Notes under the pieces: model-generated
What the model saw: only the letters and a program-made list of their open reading frames with translations
The model's database searches: none
Told to the model about the DNA's origin: nothing
Made by a program: the position numbers and the translations under genes
Shown here: positions 48,011 to 57,344 of the stretch, piece after piece
How positions within the stretch are numbered: the stretch's first letter is position 1
Layout of the letters: the number at the start of each line of letters is the position of its first letter
Origin: Collinsella sp.
Lineage (GTDB): Bacteria > Actinomycetota > Coriobacteriia > Coriobacteriales > Coriobacteriaceae
Assembly: GCA_018376905.1 (NCBI GenBank)
Contig: JAHAAK010000007.1
Location: forward strand, 13,050 to 77,049
DNA length: 64,000 nucleotides
Reading direction: 5' to 3'

Positions 48011-49336
48011 ATGGTGCGTAGTGTGCTGAAGCGAAAGATGCTCGACACCCTCCGTTCGTGGCGGGCGGAAAAGGGCGCCGAATGCCTTCTCATCAAGGGC
48101 GCGCGACAGGTTGGCAAGTCGTACATAGTCGCCGAGTTCGGGCGGCAGGACTACGAAAGCTTCATCTCCATAGACTTCATTGGGTCCCCGGACCTTAAGC
48201 GGGTGTTCGATGGCCCAATCGATGCCGACTCGATCTACCGGCAGATATCGCTCGTCGTGCCCGGCGTGCGCTTTGTTCCAGGACGAACGCTTCTTTTCCT
48301 CGACGAGATTCAGGAGTGCCCGCGTGCTCGCGCTGCGCTTAAGTATCTCGCTCTCGACGGCAGGTGCGATGTCGTTGCGTCGGGCTCGCTTCTGGGCATT
48401 CGGTTCAAGGAGGAGGCTGCGCTCGCCTCCATTCCCGTTGGGTACGAGCGAGAGGTCGAAATGGGCCCCCTCGATTTCGAGGAGTACCTTTGGGCGCGCG
48501 GGTATGGGGAGGACGATATCGCCAATTTGCGGGAATACTATGAGTCGTTGATGCCCGTGCCCGTTGCGGTGAATCAGAAGATGATGCAGATGCTGCGCGA
48601 GTACCTCGCGGTCGGCGGTATGCCTGCGGTGGTGGACGCCTTTGCGCGGACGGGCAACTTCGCCGTTGCTTTCGACGAGCAAAGCAGGCTGCTCGCCTCG
48701 TATCTCGACGACGTGGCTCGATACGCGCAAGCCCCCGAGCGCGTGCGTGCGCGGGCGTGCTTTGAATCGTTGCCGCGCCAGCTCGCAAAGGAGAATACGA
48801 AGTTCCAATATTCCGTGGTCGAGAACAGGGGAACGGCGCGCAAATTTGGTTCGTCCGTGGATTGGCTCGTGGGAGCAGGTATGGTGCGACGGTGCCAGTC
48901 GGTGAGCGCCGCCCAATTCCCTCTTGCCGCCTATGAAAATGGGACGAAGTTTCGCCTCTATGCCGCCGATACGGGCGTGCTCATGGCCATGTACGGCTTT
49001 GAAATGCTGGAAGCGGTGGTGAACAACAAGCTCGCGGGTCCCATGAAAGGCGGCCTCTACGAGAACCTGGTCGCCTGCATGCTTTCGGCGCGGGGTGTGG
49101 CTCTGCGTTATTGGCGGTCGCAGAAGGGCGATAGGGAAATAGAGTTTCTCGTCGACTCGCCCGACGCGAGCGTTGTGCCCATTGAAGTGAAGGCCTCGCG
49201 CGGATCTACGGTATCGCTCAACGACATGCTCGAGCGGCAGGACGTGAACCTTGGGTACAAGCTGATAGACGGTAACGTCGGCCGAGACGGCAAAAAGGTG
49301 ACGCTTCCGCTATATATGGCCATGTTCTTGAAGTAG
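48011..49336 (+). CDS. AAA+ ATPase (COG1373) with DUF4143 / PD-(D/E)xK-like domain, paralog 3
   Basis: GARQVGKSY, LLFLDEIQ, and C-terminal REIEFLVD...PIEVKASR. Confidence 0.8.
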   Translation: MVRSVLKRKMLDTLRSWRAEKGAECLLIKGARQVGKSYIVAEFGRQDYESFISIDFIGSPDLKRVFDGPIDADSIYRQISLVVPGVRFVPGRTLLFLDEIQECPRARAALKYLALDGRCDVVASGSLLGIRFKEEAALASIPVGYEREVEMGPLDFEEYLWARGYGEDDIANLREYYESLMPVPVAVNQKMMQMLREYLAVGGMPAVVDAFARTGNFAVAFDEQSRLLASYLDDVARYAQAPERVRARACFESLPRQLAKENTKFQYSVVENRGTARKFGSSVDWLVGAGMVRRCQSVSAAQFPLAAYENGTKFRLYAADTGVLMAMYGFEMLEAVVNNKLAGPMKGGLYENLVACMLSARGVALRYWRSQKGDREIEFLVDSPDASVVPIEVKASRGSTVSLNDMLERQDVNLGYKLIDGNVGRDGKKVTLPLYMAMFLK

Positions 49337-49567
49337 AGCCTTGCGTTGGCGGACTGACCCTTTGTCACATTCCGTGCGGGTTATATGCAGGTTTGCCTGC
49401 GCACGCTATCATGTATGGGTTAGACCACAACTATGTACCCCATACGCGAAGGGATGCGCATGTATCTGAAGATCGACATGTTCTAGCCGGGCTTACCCCC
49501 GCAGCGGCGCCGCGCGCCCCATCAATTCTGCCGATTTTCACCTTCACGCATATAAAGGAGTTCCGCC

Positions 49568-50635
49568 ATGCGCGACAAGCTCGAAAAGATCATCAAGGCC
49601 TACGAGGAGCTCGAGAAGAAGCTCTCCGACCCGGCCGTCGCCTCCGATATTAAGGAGTTCACGCGTCTCAACAAGGAGTACGCGCACCAGTCTGACCTCA
49701 TTGCCGCCTCGCGCGAGTACATCGGCGCGCTCGATGACATCGAGGCGGCCAAGGAAATGCTGCACGATACCACCGATGCCGATGAGAAGGAGATGCTCCA
49801 GATGGACATCTCCGAAAACGAGGCCAAGCTTCCCCAGCTCGAGGAAGACATCAAGTACATGCTCATCCCGAGCGACCCCAACGACGACAAGAACACCATC
49901 GTCGAGATTCGCTCCGCCGCCGGTGGCGACGAGGCGGCCATCTTCGCCGGCGATCTGTACAAGATGTACCAGCGCTTTTGCGAGTCGCGCGGCTGGAAGA
50001 CCACCGTGCTCGACTCCAGCCCCAGCGAGGCCGGTGGCTTTAAGTCCATTGAGTTCAAGGTCGAGGGCGACCGCGTCTACTCCGTTATGAAGTTCGAGTC
50101 CGGCGTGCACCGCGTCCAGCGCGTTCCCAAGACTGAGTCCCAGGGCCGCATTCAGACCTCCACGGCTACCGTCGCCGTACTTCCCGAGGCCGAGGAGATC
50201 GACGTCCAGATCAACCAGTCCGACCTGCGCATCGACACCTACTGCGCCTCCGGCCCTGGCGGTCAGTGCGTTAACACCACCTACTCCGCCGTGCGCATCA
50301 CCCACCTGCCCACCAACACCGTGGTGCAGTCGCAGGAGCAGCGTTCCCAGATCCAGAACCGCGAGGTCTGCATGCAGATGCTGCGCGCCCGTCTGTACGA
50401 GATGGAACTCGAGAAACAGCAGGCCGAGCTTGGTGCCGAGCGCCAGAGCCAGATCGGCCACGGTAACCGCTCTGAGAAGATCCGCACCTACAACCAGCCT
50501 CAGGACCGCGTGACCGACCACCGCATCGGTTTCAACTCCACCTATAACGGCGTCCTTCTGGGCGACCAGCTCGGCACCGTCATCGAGGCACTCGCCGCCG
50601 CCGAGCGAGCCGAGAAGCTGGCACAGGCCGTTTAG
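49568..50635 (+). CDS. prfA: Peptide chain release factor 1
   Basis: Includes the GGQ motif region (SGPGGQCVNTT). 355 aa. Confidence 0.9.
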   Translation: MRDKLEKIIKAYEELEKKLSDPAVASDIKEFTRLNKEYAHQSDLIAASREYIGALDDIEAAKEMLHDTTDADEKEMLQMDISENEAKLPQLEEDIKYMLIPSDPNDDKNTIVEIRSAAGGDEAAIFAGDLYKMYQRFCESRGWKTTVLDSSPSEAGGFKSIEFKVEGDRVYSVMKFESGVHRVQRVPKTESQGRIQTSTATVAVLPEAEEIDVQINQSDLRIDTYCASGPGGQCVNTTYSAVRITHLPTNTVVQSQEQRSQIQNREVCMQMLRARLYEMELEKQQAELGAERQSQIGHGNRSEKIRTYNQPQDRVTDHRIGFNSTYNGVLLGDQLGTVIEALAAAERAEKLAQAV

Positions 50636-50880
50636 GTTACGGCGTTCTACGAACGCCGTAACCGGCCGACGCTGCGCGCCACCCAGAACGACAATTTGTC
50701 ATTCAAAAGGCAAGGCATGACCAGAAGGTCTATGCCTTGCCTTTTTCATGCCAACTTGTTCGTTCTGGGCGGCGCTCGCTGTCCGTCCTCTACCTACGGC
50801 GTTGTCTTGCTCCGGATGCGGCAGTTAGTGGTAGTCATTCTGATCCGTAGGGGACGGAGGAAAACGGATCATTTTGGTAA
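50635..50880 (+). ncRNA. Conserved structured non-coding element D, copy 2 (prfA-prmC spacer), carrying an internal terminator
   Basis: 5' hairpin GGTTACGGCGTTC-TAC-GAACGCCGTAACC. CGACGCTGC...CAATTTGTCATTC segment. 3' hairpin GATCCG-TAGGGGACGGAGGAAAA-CGGATC followed by ATTTT. Stem positions differ from copy 1 by compensatory changes. Confidence 0.5.
50705..50748 (+). terminator. Rho-independent terminator of prfA
   Basis: GGCAAGGCAT ... ATGCCTTGCC followed by TTTTT. Confidence 0.75.
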
Positions 50881-51250
50881 ATTGCTATGTGGGTTTATTT
50901 AGGTTGACTTGGTAGTCTATGGGCCATTTACCTGCTTAAAGCGTCGGTCGATTACCAAAATAATGCTCAAAAAATCGTCCAAGAAGTCGCGAGCCATTTT
51001 TTGACGCGTCGTGCGTCAAGTGATTTGGCAAGTGTTTGGTTGGATATTGGTCAGTTTTGGGGCCACCTTGCCAAAAGCTTGACGGATGCAAATCTAGACG
51101 TCGACAAATGAGCACTTCGATTGCGCCGCGAGCAAAAATCTGGGCTGATTCTCGATAATCGCTTCCAATCGTCCCTTACCGCGTGCCACCCTCGCGTACA
51201 ATCTGCTCCGACATTCACGCGCCGCCTGGCGCTCAAGAGGGGAGGACCCC

Positions 51251-52525
51251 ATGGCAAACGAGATCTGGACCATCAAGCGTTGTCTCGAGTGGACCAAGGA
51301 GTACCTGGCCGAGCGCGGCGAGGAGCATCCCCGTCTTTCTGCCGAGTGGCTGCTGTGCGCGGCTACGGGCCTGGCGCGCATCGACTTGTATATGCGCATG
51401 GACGAGACGCTCGACGCGGCCCAGCTCGAGACCATGCATGCGGCTGTCGTCCGCCGCGCCAAGGGCGAACCGCTGCAGTACATCACGGGTAGCACGCAGT
51501 TCCGCATGATCGACGTAGCGTGCGCCCCCGGCGTGCTCATCCCGCGCCCCGAGACCGAGATGCTCGTCGAGGAAGTTCTGAACTATCTGGATGCCGAGGT
51601 GCTGAGCCCCGAGGCCGCCGCCCGTCAGCGCGTGGAGTTGCCCTGGAACGATGAAGTCGAGCAGGCCCGCAAGGCCGAGGCAGCACTGGCCGATGAACGC
51701 GCGACTGCCGAGCGCCGTGCCGCCAACCTCACGGCTGCCGACGAGGCGGCGCTGGGCAGCGACGTACTTGGCAGCCGCGCCTATGCCGAGGAGCTGGCCG
51801 ATCGCGAGGCCGAGGAAGCCGCCGCGCGGGCAGCAGAAAGCGAAGCAGCAGAAGCCGAGGCCATGGAAGCCCCCGAGCCCGAGCTCGACGAATACGGCAT
51901 TGCCATCGAAGGCGACGACCAGGAGACGACCTCCGCGCAGAACGCCGCCGAGGCCACCGAGCCCGCTCCCGCCGAGCCCCGCGTCGCCCGCGTCCTCGAG
52001 GTCGGCTGCGGCACGGGCTGTATCTCGCTCTCGCTTGCCTGGGAGCGCCGCGGCCACGTCACCTGCACCGCTACCGATATCGAGCCGCGCGCCATCGACC
52101 TGGCAACCAAAAACCGCGACGCCCTAGGTCTCACGGCAGACGAGGTCGCATTCAGCCTCACCAACCTGGTAAGCTCGATTCCCCGCGAAGAGTGGGGCAC
52201 CTTCGACGTCCTCGTCTCCAACCCTCCGTACATTCCCACCGACGTCATGCGCTCGCTGCCGCACGAGGTCAAGGATTTTGAGCCCGACCTGGCGCTCGAA
52301 GGCGGTGCCGACGGCCTCGACATCTTCCGCCGCTTGCTCAACGCGGCGCCCTACATGTTGCGCGCCGGTGGCCTCTTTGCCTGCGAGCTCTACGAGGGCG
52401 CTCTCGACGCCGCCGCCGAGCTCTGCCGCCAAGCGGGCCTGTCGGATGTGCGCATCGTCCGCGACCTCACCGATCGTCCCCGCATCGTCCGAGCCGTCGT
52501 CACGGAGCCCAAACAGCGTCAGTAA
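51251..52525 (+). CDS. prmC: Release-factor glutamine N5-methyltransferase PrmC/HemK with an Ala/Glu-rich insertion of about 140 aa
   Basis: N-terminal domain with LQYITG. Methyltransferase motifs VLEVGCGTGC and NPPY. 424 aa against a typical 280 aa. Confidence 0.8.
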   Translation: MANEIWTIKRCLEWTKEYLAERGEEHPRLSAEWLLCAATGLARIDLYMRMDETLDAAQLETMHAAVVRRAKGEPLQYITGSTQFRMIDVACAPGVLIPRPETEMLVEEVLNYLDAEVLSPEAAARQRVELPWNDEVEQARKAEAALADERATAERRAANLTAADEAALGSDVLGSRAYAEELADREAEEAAARAAESEAAEAEAMEAPEPELDEYGIAIEGDDQETTSAQNAAEATEPAPAEPRVARVLEVGCGTGCISLSLAWERRGHVTCTATDIEPRAIDLATKNRDALGLTADEVAFSLTNLVSSIPREEWGTFDVLVSNPPYIPTDVMRSLPHEVKDFEPDLALEGGADGLDIFRRLLNAAPYMLRAGGLFACELYEGALDAAAELCRQAGLSDVRIVRDLTDRPRIVRAVVTEPKQRQ

Positions 52526-52605
52526 TATTTATTAACTGATTCATTTCTAATTATAAAGCAATTTATAATTATCTCGGTTGGTAGCTGGTAGCCGAGGGGG
52601 TCATA

Positions 52606-53052
52606 ATGAAACAACGATTTACCTATGACTGCGTTCTCATAAAAGAAGACGACGGTTACTGTGCCAGCTTCCCGCAGGTCCCCGGGGCCTTTGCCGATGG
52701 CGATACACGCGAAGAAGCAATAGCTCATGCCATCGAGGCGCTGATGGCGTTTTTGGCCGACGATCTTAACAATGGTCGGGCTCCGGCTGGGTACGAGCGT
52801 TCGGCCGAGGTCGTGGCCCTTTCAGTCGAAATCGACCACGAGGACGCTCGGGAAGCGGCGTGTCGAACGTTTAAGGACGCGGCGGCGGACCTCAGGGTTT
52901 CCGCACCGCGAATCACTGCGCTGGTCAAAGCCGGCAAACTCGATGTTGAGCTTGTCGACGGCCGTCGGATGATTACGATCGACAGCATCGAGCGTTACGC
53001 CGCTCAGGAACGCCATGCCGGCAGGCCAAAGAAGTTCGTCGCAGTCCAATAA
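52606..53052 (+). CDS. HicB-family antitoxin-like protein fused to a C-terminal excisionase/MerR-type HTH
   Basis: N-terminus YDCVLIKEDDGYCASFPQVPGAFADGDTREEAIAHAIEAL (HicB/UPF0150 fold). C-terminal HTH VSAPRITALVKAGKLDV. No hicA partner found. Preceded by an AT-rich segment. Confidence 0.6.
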   Translation: MKQRFTYDCVLIKEDDGYCASFPQVPGAFADGDTREEAIAHAIEALMAFLADDLNNGRAPAGYERSAEVVALSVEIDHEDAREAACRTFKDAAADLRVSAPRITALVKAGKLDVELVDGRRMITIDSIERYAAQERHAGRPKKFVAVQ

Positions 53053-53161
53053 CCCCTCGTTGCCTACTGATCTCGGGCTTCACTTCTGCAAAAAAGACCC
53101 TTCGAGCCTATTTCCGCTCTTGCAATATACCGTAAAACTTCTACTATAGAAGGAGAAAGGT

Positions 53162-53557
53162 ATGTCAAATCAGCTGCATCGGTACCGTATCGTGCTTGAT
53201 TACATTGAACCTTGGCTTGATGAGCAGGATGAAGCTACGCTGAAGCAGATTTATGCAGACCTTTTGGTGCTCGAGAAGGAAGGTCCCAGCCTTGGTCGTC
53301 CGCTGGTTGACCGCGTAAAGGGCTCGAAGCTTCATCATTTAAAGGAGCTGAGAGTGACGTCGTGTGGTGGGCAGGTGATTCGCATCCTCTTCGCCTTTGA
53401 CCCCAAGCGCCAGGCGGTATTGCTATTGGCGGGTGATAAGTCGCGAGCGGGATCGTCAAGGGCAAAATGGAACGGTTGGTATGCGATCAACATTCCAAGG
53501 GCCGAGCAAATATACCGTCGCCACGTAAGGAGGCTCGATCGAGATGGAACTGCATGA
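53162..53557 (+). CDS. higB: RelE/HigB-type type II toxin (Gp49-like addiction-module killer family)
   Basis: 131 aa. Motif IRILFAFDPKRQAVLLLAGDKS. Followed by an XRE-HTH partner that overlaps by 14 nt. Low GC. Confidence 0.6.
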   Translation: MSNQLHRYRIVLDYIEPWLDEQDEATLKQIYADLLVLEKEGPSLGRPLVDRVKGSKLHHLKELRVTSCGGQVIRILFAFDPKRQAVLLLAGDKSRAGSSRAKWNGWYAINIPRAEQIYRRHVRRLDRDGTA

Positions 53558-53846
53558 GTATATGGAATCTCGCGGGATAACACGCGACTCCATTACCGCC
53601 GAGCAGGAGAGGACTCGCGATCGTATCGAAGCCTATAAGCTTGCTCAGATTCGCAGGTTAAAAGATCTAACACAGGCGTCGGTCGCCCAGTCGATGGGCG
53701 TTTCTCAAAAACGTGTATCCGAGCTCGAGCGTGGGGAGTTGGGTTCGATGAGGCTCGACACGCTGAGCAGGTACGCAGAGAGCCTCGGCGGAAAACTGGT
53801 TGCAAGCATCGAGTTTCCCGATCGTACCGTTACGCTTGCGCGCTAA
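53544..53846 (+). CDS. higA: XRE-family HTH antitoxin (HigA-like)
   Basis: HTH LTQASVAQSMGVSQKRVSELERG. Translationally coupled to the preceding toxin gene. Confidence 0.65.
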   Translation: MELHEYMESRGITRDSITAEQERTRDRIEAYKLAQIRRLKDLTQASVAQSMGVSQKRVSELERGELGSMRLDTLSRYAESLGGKLVASIEFPDRTVTLAR

Positions 53847-53994
53847 AAATCTTCAATTAACCCCCTCACTTTCACCGACTACTAGAGCCGCTCACCAAAC
53901 CAACATGCGCTCTGGGCAAATAGGTTGAATGTTTCGTGCGAGAATGCCCCACAGTAAACAAACTTGCACCGGAGCGTAAGGGGCTGGCATACAC

Positions 53995-54738
53995 ATGCAG
54001 ACGGTCTATCGGGTATACGAGGGAACGCGCGAGCCGCATCGGCTTGCCGTCGAGCGCACGGCCGAGGTGCTCGGCCGCGGCGGCCTGGCCTTGATTCCGA
54101 CCGAGACCGTCTACGGTGTCGCCGTGGCAGTCAACGCCTTCTCGGGCGCCGTGCCCCAAGATACAAGCGAATTCCCATCGTGGCCGCGCGATCCGCAGGC
54201 TGCCGTCAATGGCGCCGCAGTTCCTGCGCTCGGCACCGGCTATCGCCGTATCTTCACTCTCAAGCAACGTGAGCTCACGCAAACCGTCGCTTGGCTGGTC
54301 GATGGCGTCGAAGCACTCGACCGCTATGGCGTGGATATCCCGGAAGATGCCCGCGTACTCGCGCGACGATGCTGGCCGGGAGCCCTGACTATCGTGGTCA
54401 AGGCAGCCCCCTGCGTGCCGACCTTTATGCGCGCTGCCGACGACACCGTGGCCCTGCGCGCTTCGGCCTCTCCCGTGGTCCAAGCGCTCATCCGCGCCTG
54501 CGGCAGTCCCCTTGCCTGCACGAGCGCCAACACGCACGGCGCGCCTTCGCCGGCAAGCTTTGCCGCCGTCGAGGGCCGCATCCTGGAGGGGGTCGATGTT
54601 GCCGTCGACGCCGGTGAGACCCCGTGTCGCTACGCCTCGACCATCGTGTCGTTCCAGCACGGCGGGCTCCAGATCCTGCGCCAAGGCGCACTTCCCGCAT
54701 CAGAGATCGAGCGGGTCCTGTCCGACCCGATGCAATAG
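53995..54738 (+). CDS. tsaC: L-threonylcarbamoyladenylate synthase, Sua5/YciO/YrdC/YwlC family
   Basis: YrdC-fold motif LALIPTETVYGVAV. Conserved prfA-prmC-ywlC neighbourhood. Confidence 0.8.
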   Translation: MQTVYRVYEGTREPHRLAVERTAEVLGRGGLALIPTETVYGVAVAVNAFSGAVPQDTSEFPSWPRDPQAAVNGAAVPALGTGYRRIFTLKQRELTQTVAWLVDGVEALDRYGVDIPEDARVLARRCWPGALTIVVKAAPCVPTFMRAADDTVALRASASPVVQALIRACGSPLACTSANTHGAPSPASFAAVEGRILEGVDVAVDAGETPCRYASTIVSFQHGGLQILRQGALPASEIERVLSDPMQ

Positions 54739-54751
54739 AAGGGTGTAAGCG

Positions 54752-56293
54752 ATGTCGTTGAATCTGGGCAGCCTGGGCATGGAAGATGCCTCGTTTAACT
54801 TTGGCGGTTCCTACATCATGGCGCTCGACTGCGGCACTACCTCGGTACTCGCGGCCATTGTCGACGAATACGGCTGCATCGTTGCCCAGGTGCGTCGTAG
54901 CGTCAAAACCAGCTTCCCGCGCCCCGGCTGGGTGGAGCAGGATCCCACGGAGGTGCTTGCCAGCCAGATCGGCGTGATGATGGAGGTTCAGTTTAAGAGC
55001 GGCATCCATTCCGATCGCATCGCCGCCATCGGCATCTCCAACCAGCGCGAGACCACGGTGGTCTGGGACCGCGTGAGCGGCCAGCCCATCTATAACGCCA
55101 TCGTATGGCAGTGCCGTCGTACCGCGCCGGCGATCGACGCGTTGGTTGAACAGGGTTGCGAGGAGCTGGTGCGCTCCCGCACGGGACTTACGCTTGACCC
55201 GTATTTCTCGGCCTCCAAGGTGCAGTGGATTCTCGACAACGTCGACGGCGCACGCGAGAGCGCGGCGGCGGGCGACCTCATGTTTGGCACCATCGACACC
55301 TGGCTCATCTACAACCTCACCGGCGGCCAGGTCTTTGCCACCGACTACACCAATGCCAGCCGCACGGCACTCTTTAATATCCATACGCTCGATTGGGACG
55401 ACGACCTGCTGGCGCTCTTTGACGTTCCACGTTCCATGATGCCCGAGGTTCGCTGGAGCTCGGGCGACTACGGCCGCGTCGCGAGCGACATCATGACCAA
55501 CATGCCGCCCATCATGGGCGTGGCGGGCGACCAGCAGGCATCGCTGTTCGGCCACTGCTGCTTCTATCCCGGCCAGACCAAAAACACCTATGGCACGGGC
55601 TGCTTTATGCTCATGAACACCGGTGACGAGATCGTCGAATCCAAGAATGGCCTGGTCTCCACCATCGGTATCGCTGCGGACGGCAAAGTCAGCTATGCGC
55701 TCGAGGGCTCTATTTTTGCCGCCGGTTCAACGATGAACTGGCTTCGCAACAACATGGGCATCATCTCGAGCGTGAGCGAGTCGGCACAACTCGCCGCTTC
55801 GATTAGCGACAACGAGGGCTGCTACTTCGTTCCCGCCTTTGCAGGTTTGGGTGCTCCCTGGTGGGACCCGCATGCCCGCGGTATCGTGTGCGGTCTGACC
55901 GGCGCCTCGAGCCGTGCGACCATCGTACGTGCCGCCTGCGAATCCATGGCATATCAGAGCTACGACGTGCTGCGCGCCATGGAGCAGGACGTGGGGCTTT
56001 CGATTGAGCGCCTGTCTGTCGATGGCGGTGCCTCGCGCAACGAGTTCATCATGCAATTCCAGGCCGACCTGCTGGATATCCCCGTGCTGCAATGCGAGAC
56101 GGTGGAGACCACGGCAATCGGTGCCGCGTACTTGGCGGGTCTTGCCGTCGGCTATTGGGAAGACCTTGAAGAGCTGGAGCAAAATGCCCAGATCGTTAGG
56201 ACCTTCCTTCCCCATATGTCCGCCGAGCGTCGCGAGCAAAACCTTGCGGGCTGGCGTGATGCAGTCAAGCGCTCGCTCAGTACCGCACAGTAG
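54752..56293 (+). CDS. glpK: Glycerol kinase (FGGY family)
   Basis: N-terminal ALDCGTTS. FGGY N- and C-terminal domains. 513 aa. Exact start uncertain. Confidence 0.8.
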   Translation: MSLNLGSLGMEDASFNFGGSYIMALDCGTTSVLAAIVDEYGCIVAQVRRSVKTSFPRPGWVEQDPTEVLASQIGVMMEVQFKSGIHSDRIAAIGISNQRETTVVWDRVSGQPIYNAIVWQCRRTAPAIDALVEQGCEELVRSRTGLTLDPYFSASKVQWILDNVDGARESAAAGDLMFGTIDTWLIYNLTGGQVFATDYTNASRTALFNIHTLDWDDDLLALFDVPRSMMPEVRWSSGDYGRVASDIMTNMPPIMGVAGDQQASLFGHCCFYPGQTKNTYGTGCFMLMNTGDEIVESKNGLVSTIGIAADGKVSYALEGSIFAAGSTMNWLRNNMGIISSVSESAQLAASISDNEGCYFVPAFAGLGAPWWDPHARGIVCGLTGASSRATIVRAACESMAYQSYDVLRAMEQDVGLSIERLSVDGGASRNEFIMQFQADLLDIPVLQCETVETTAIGAAYLAGLAVGYWEDLEELEQNAQIVRTFLPHMSAERREQNLAGWRDAVKRSLSTAQ

Positions 56294-56417
56294 GGCTGCG
56301 ATGGGCTGCTCGATACAACAAACCGCTAAACTTATGCATGGCGTGCGGCGGCAACATTGCTGCGCGCCTTGTCAGCAAGGCCGTTTTGCGGCTGCAACGA
56401 AAGGGGCAATCAACCCA

Positions 56418-57064
56418 TGACCGTCACCTACGATGCGTCCCGTGTGACGCTTGTCGATCATCCGCTCGTCCAGCACAAGCTGTCGATCCTGCGCGACAAA
56501 AACACCGGCACCAACCAGTTCCGTCAGCTCGTGCGCGAACTCGCGCTTTTTGACGGCTACGAGGCCATGCGCGACCTGCCTATGGAAGACGTCGAGGTCG
56601 AGACCCCCATCACTACCGCCACGTTCAAACAGCTTGCCGGCAAGAAACTCGCCATCGTGCCCATCCTGCGTGCGGGCCTTGGCATGGTCGACGGTATCCT
56701 CGACCTGGTGCCCTCCGCTCGCGTGGGCCACATCGGCATGGAGCGCGACGAGGTCACCCACGAGCCGCACGAGTATTACTGCAAGATGCCCAAGGATATC
56801 GACCAGCGCATCTGCCTGGTCGTCGACCCCATGCTCGCCACGGGCGGTTCGGCCGAGATGGCCATCAGCTACCTGCGCGGGCGCGGTGTCAAGGACATCC
56901 GCATGCTGTGCATCGTCGCGGCCCCCGAGGGCCTCAAGTCGCTGACTGAGAAGGATCCCGATGTGCATATCTATACCTGCGCCATCGACGACCATCTCAA
57001 CGAGGCTGCCTACATCGTTCCCGGTCTCGGCGACGCCGGCGACCGCATCTACGGCACGCTCTAG
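56418..57064 (+). CDS. upp: Uracil phosphoribosyltransferase
   Basis: N-terminus [25 protein letters not shown]-binding region [11 protein letters not shown]. Confidence 0.9.
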
Positions 57065-57105
57065 TCGCTGGGCTAAGACGGCCGCGGCTGCAAATACGAA
57101 GAAAC

Positions 57106-57141
57106 GGTGCGCGCGGTCGAACAAAAGGCGACCGCGCGCAC
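57106..57141 (+). terminator. Perfect 13-bp GC-rich hairpin after upp (terminator candidate, no clear T-run)
   Basis: GTGCGCGCGGTCG-AACAAAAGG-CGACCGCGCGCAC. Confidence 0.4.
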
Positions 57142-57344
57142 TCCTGTTAACGGACGTTTTGCCCTGCAGGGTTCGAGAAAAACGTATTACCGTACCTGCG
57201 GCATAAAGAAGGTCTTAAGAAAACGAACAGGTGCGTATTAACCGATGCTTTTTCGGTTGTACTTTAGCGATTGGCTCGTACAATAGTCACCAATGTTTGG
57301 CGGGAACTGTTCTGTGAGGCGTTAAAAAGGAAAGTGAGGACGCC

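Noticed and set aside
50696-50902. 68-aa ORF in the prfA-prmC spacer
   Set aside because: It overlaps the terminator hairpin and conserved element D and has no RBS. The region is better explained as a structured non-coding element.
52519-52728. 69-aa minus-strand ORF in the AT-rich segment upstream of HicB, considered as a possible missing hicA
   Set aside because: It is on the opposite strand and overlaps the HicB N-terminus. The translation is hydrophobic and Cys-rich, unlike the dsRBD-like HicA fold.
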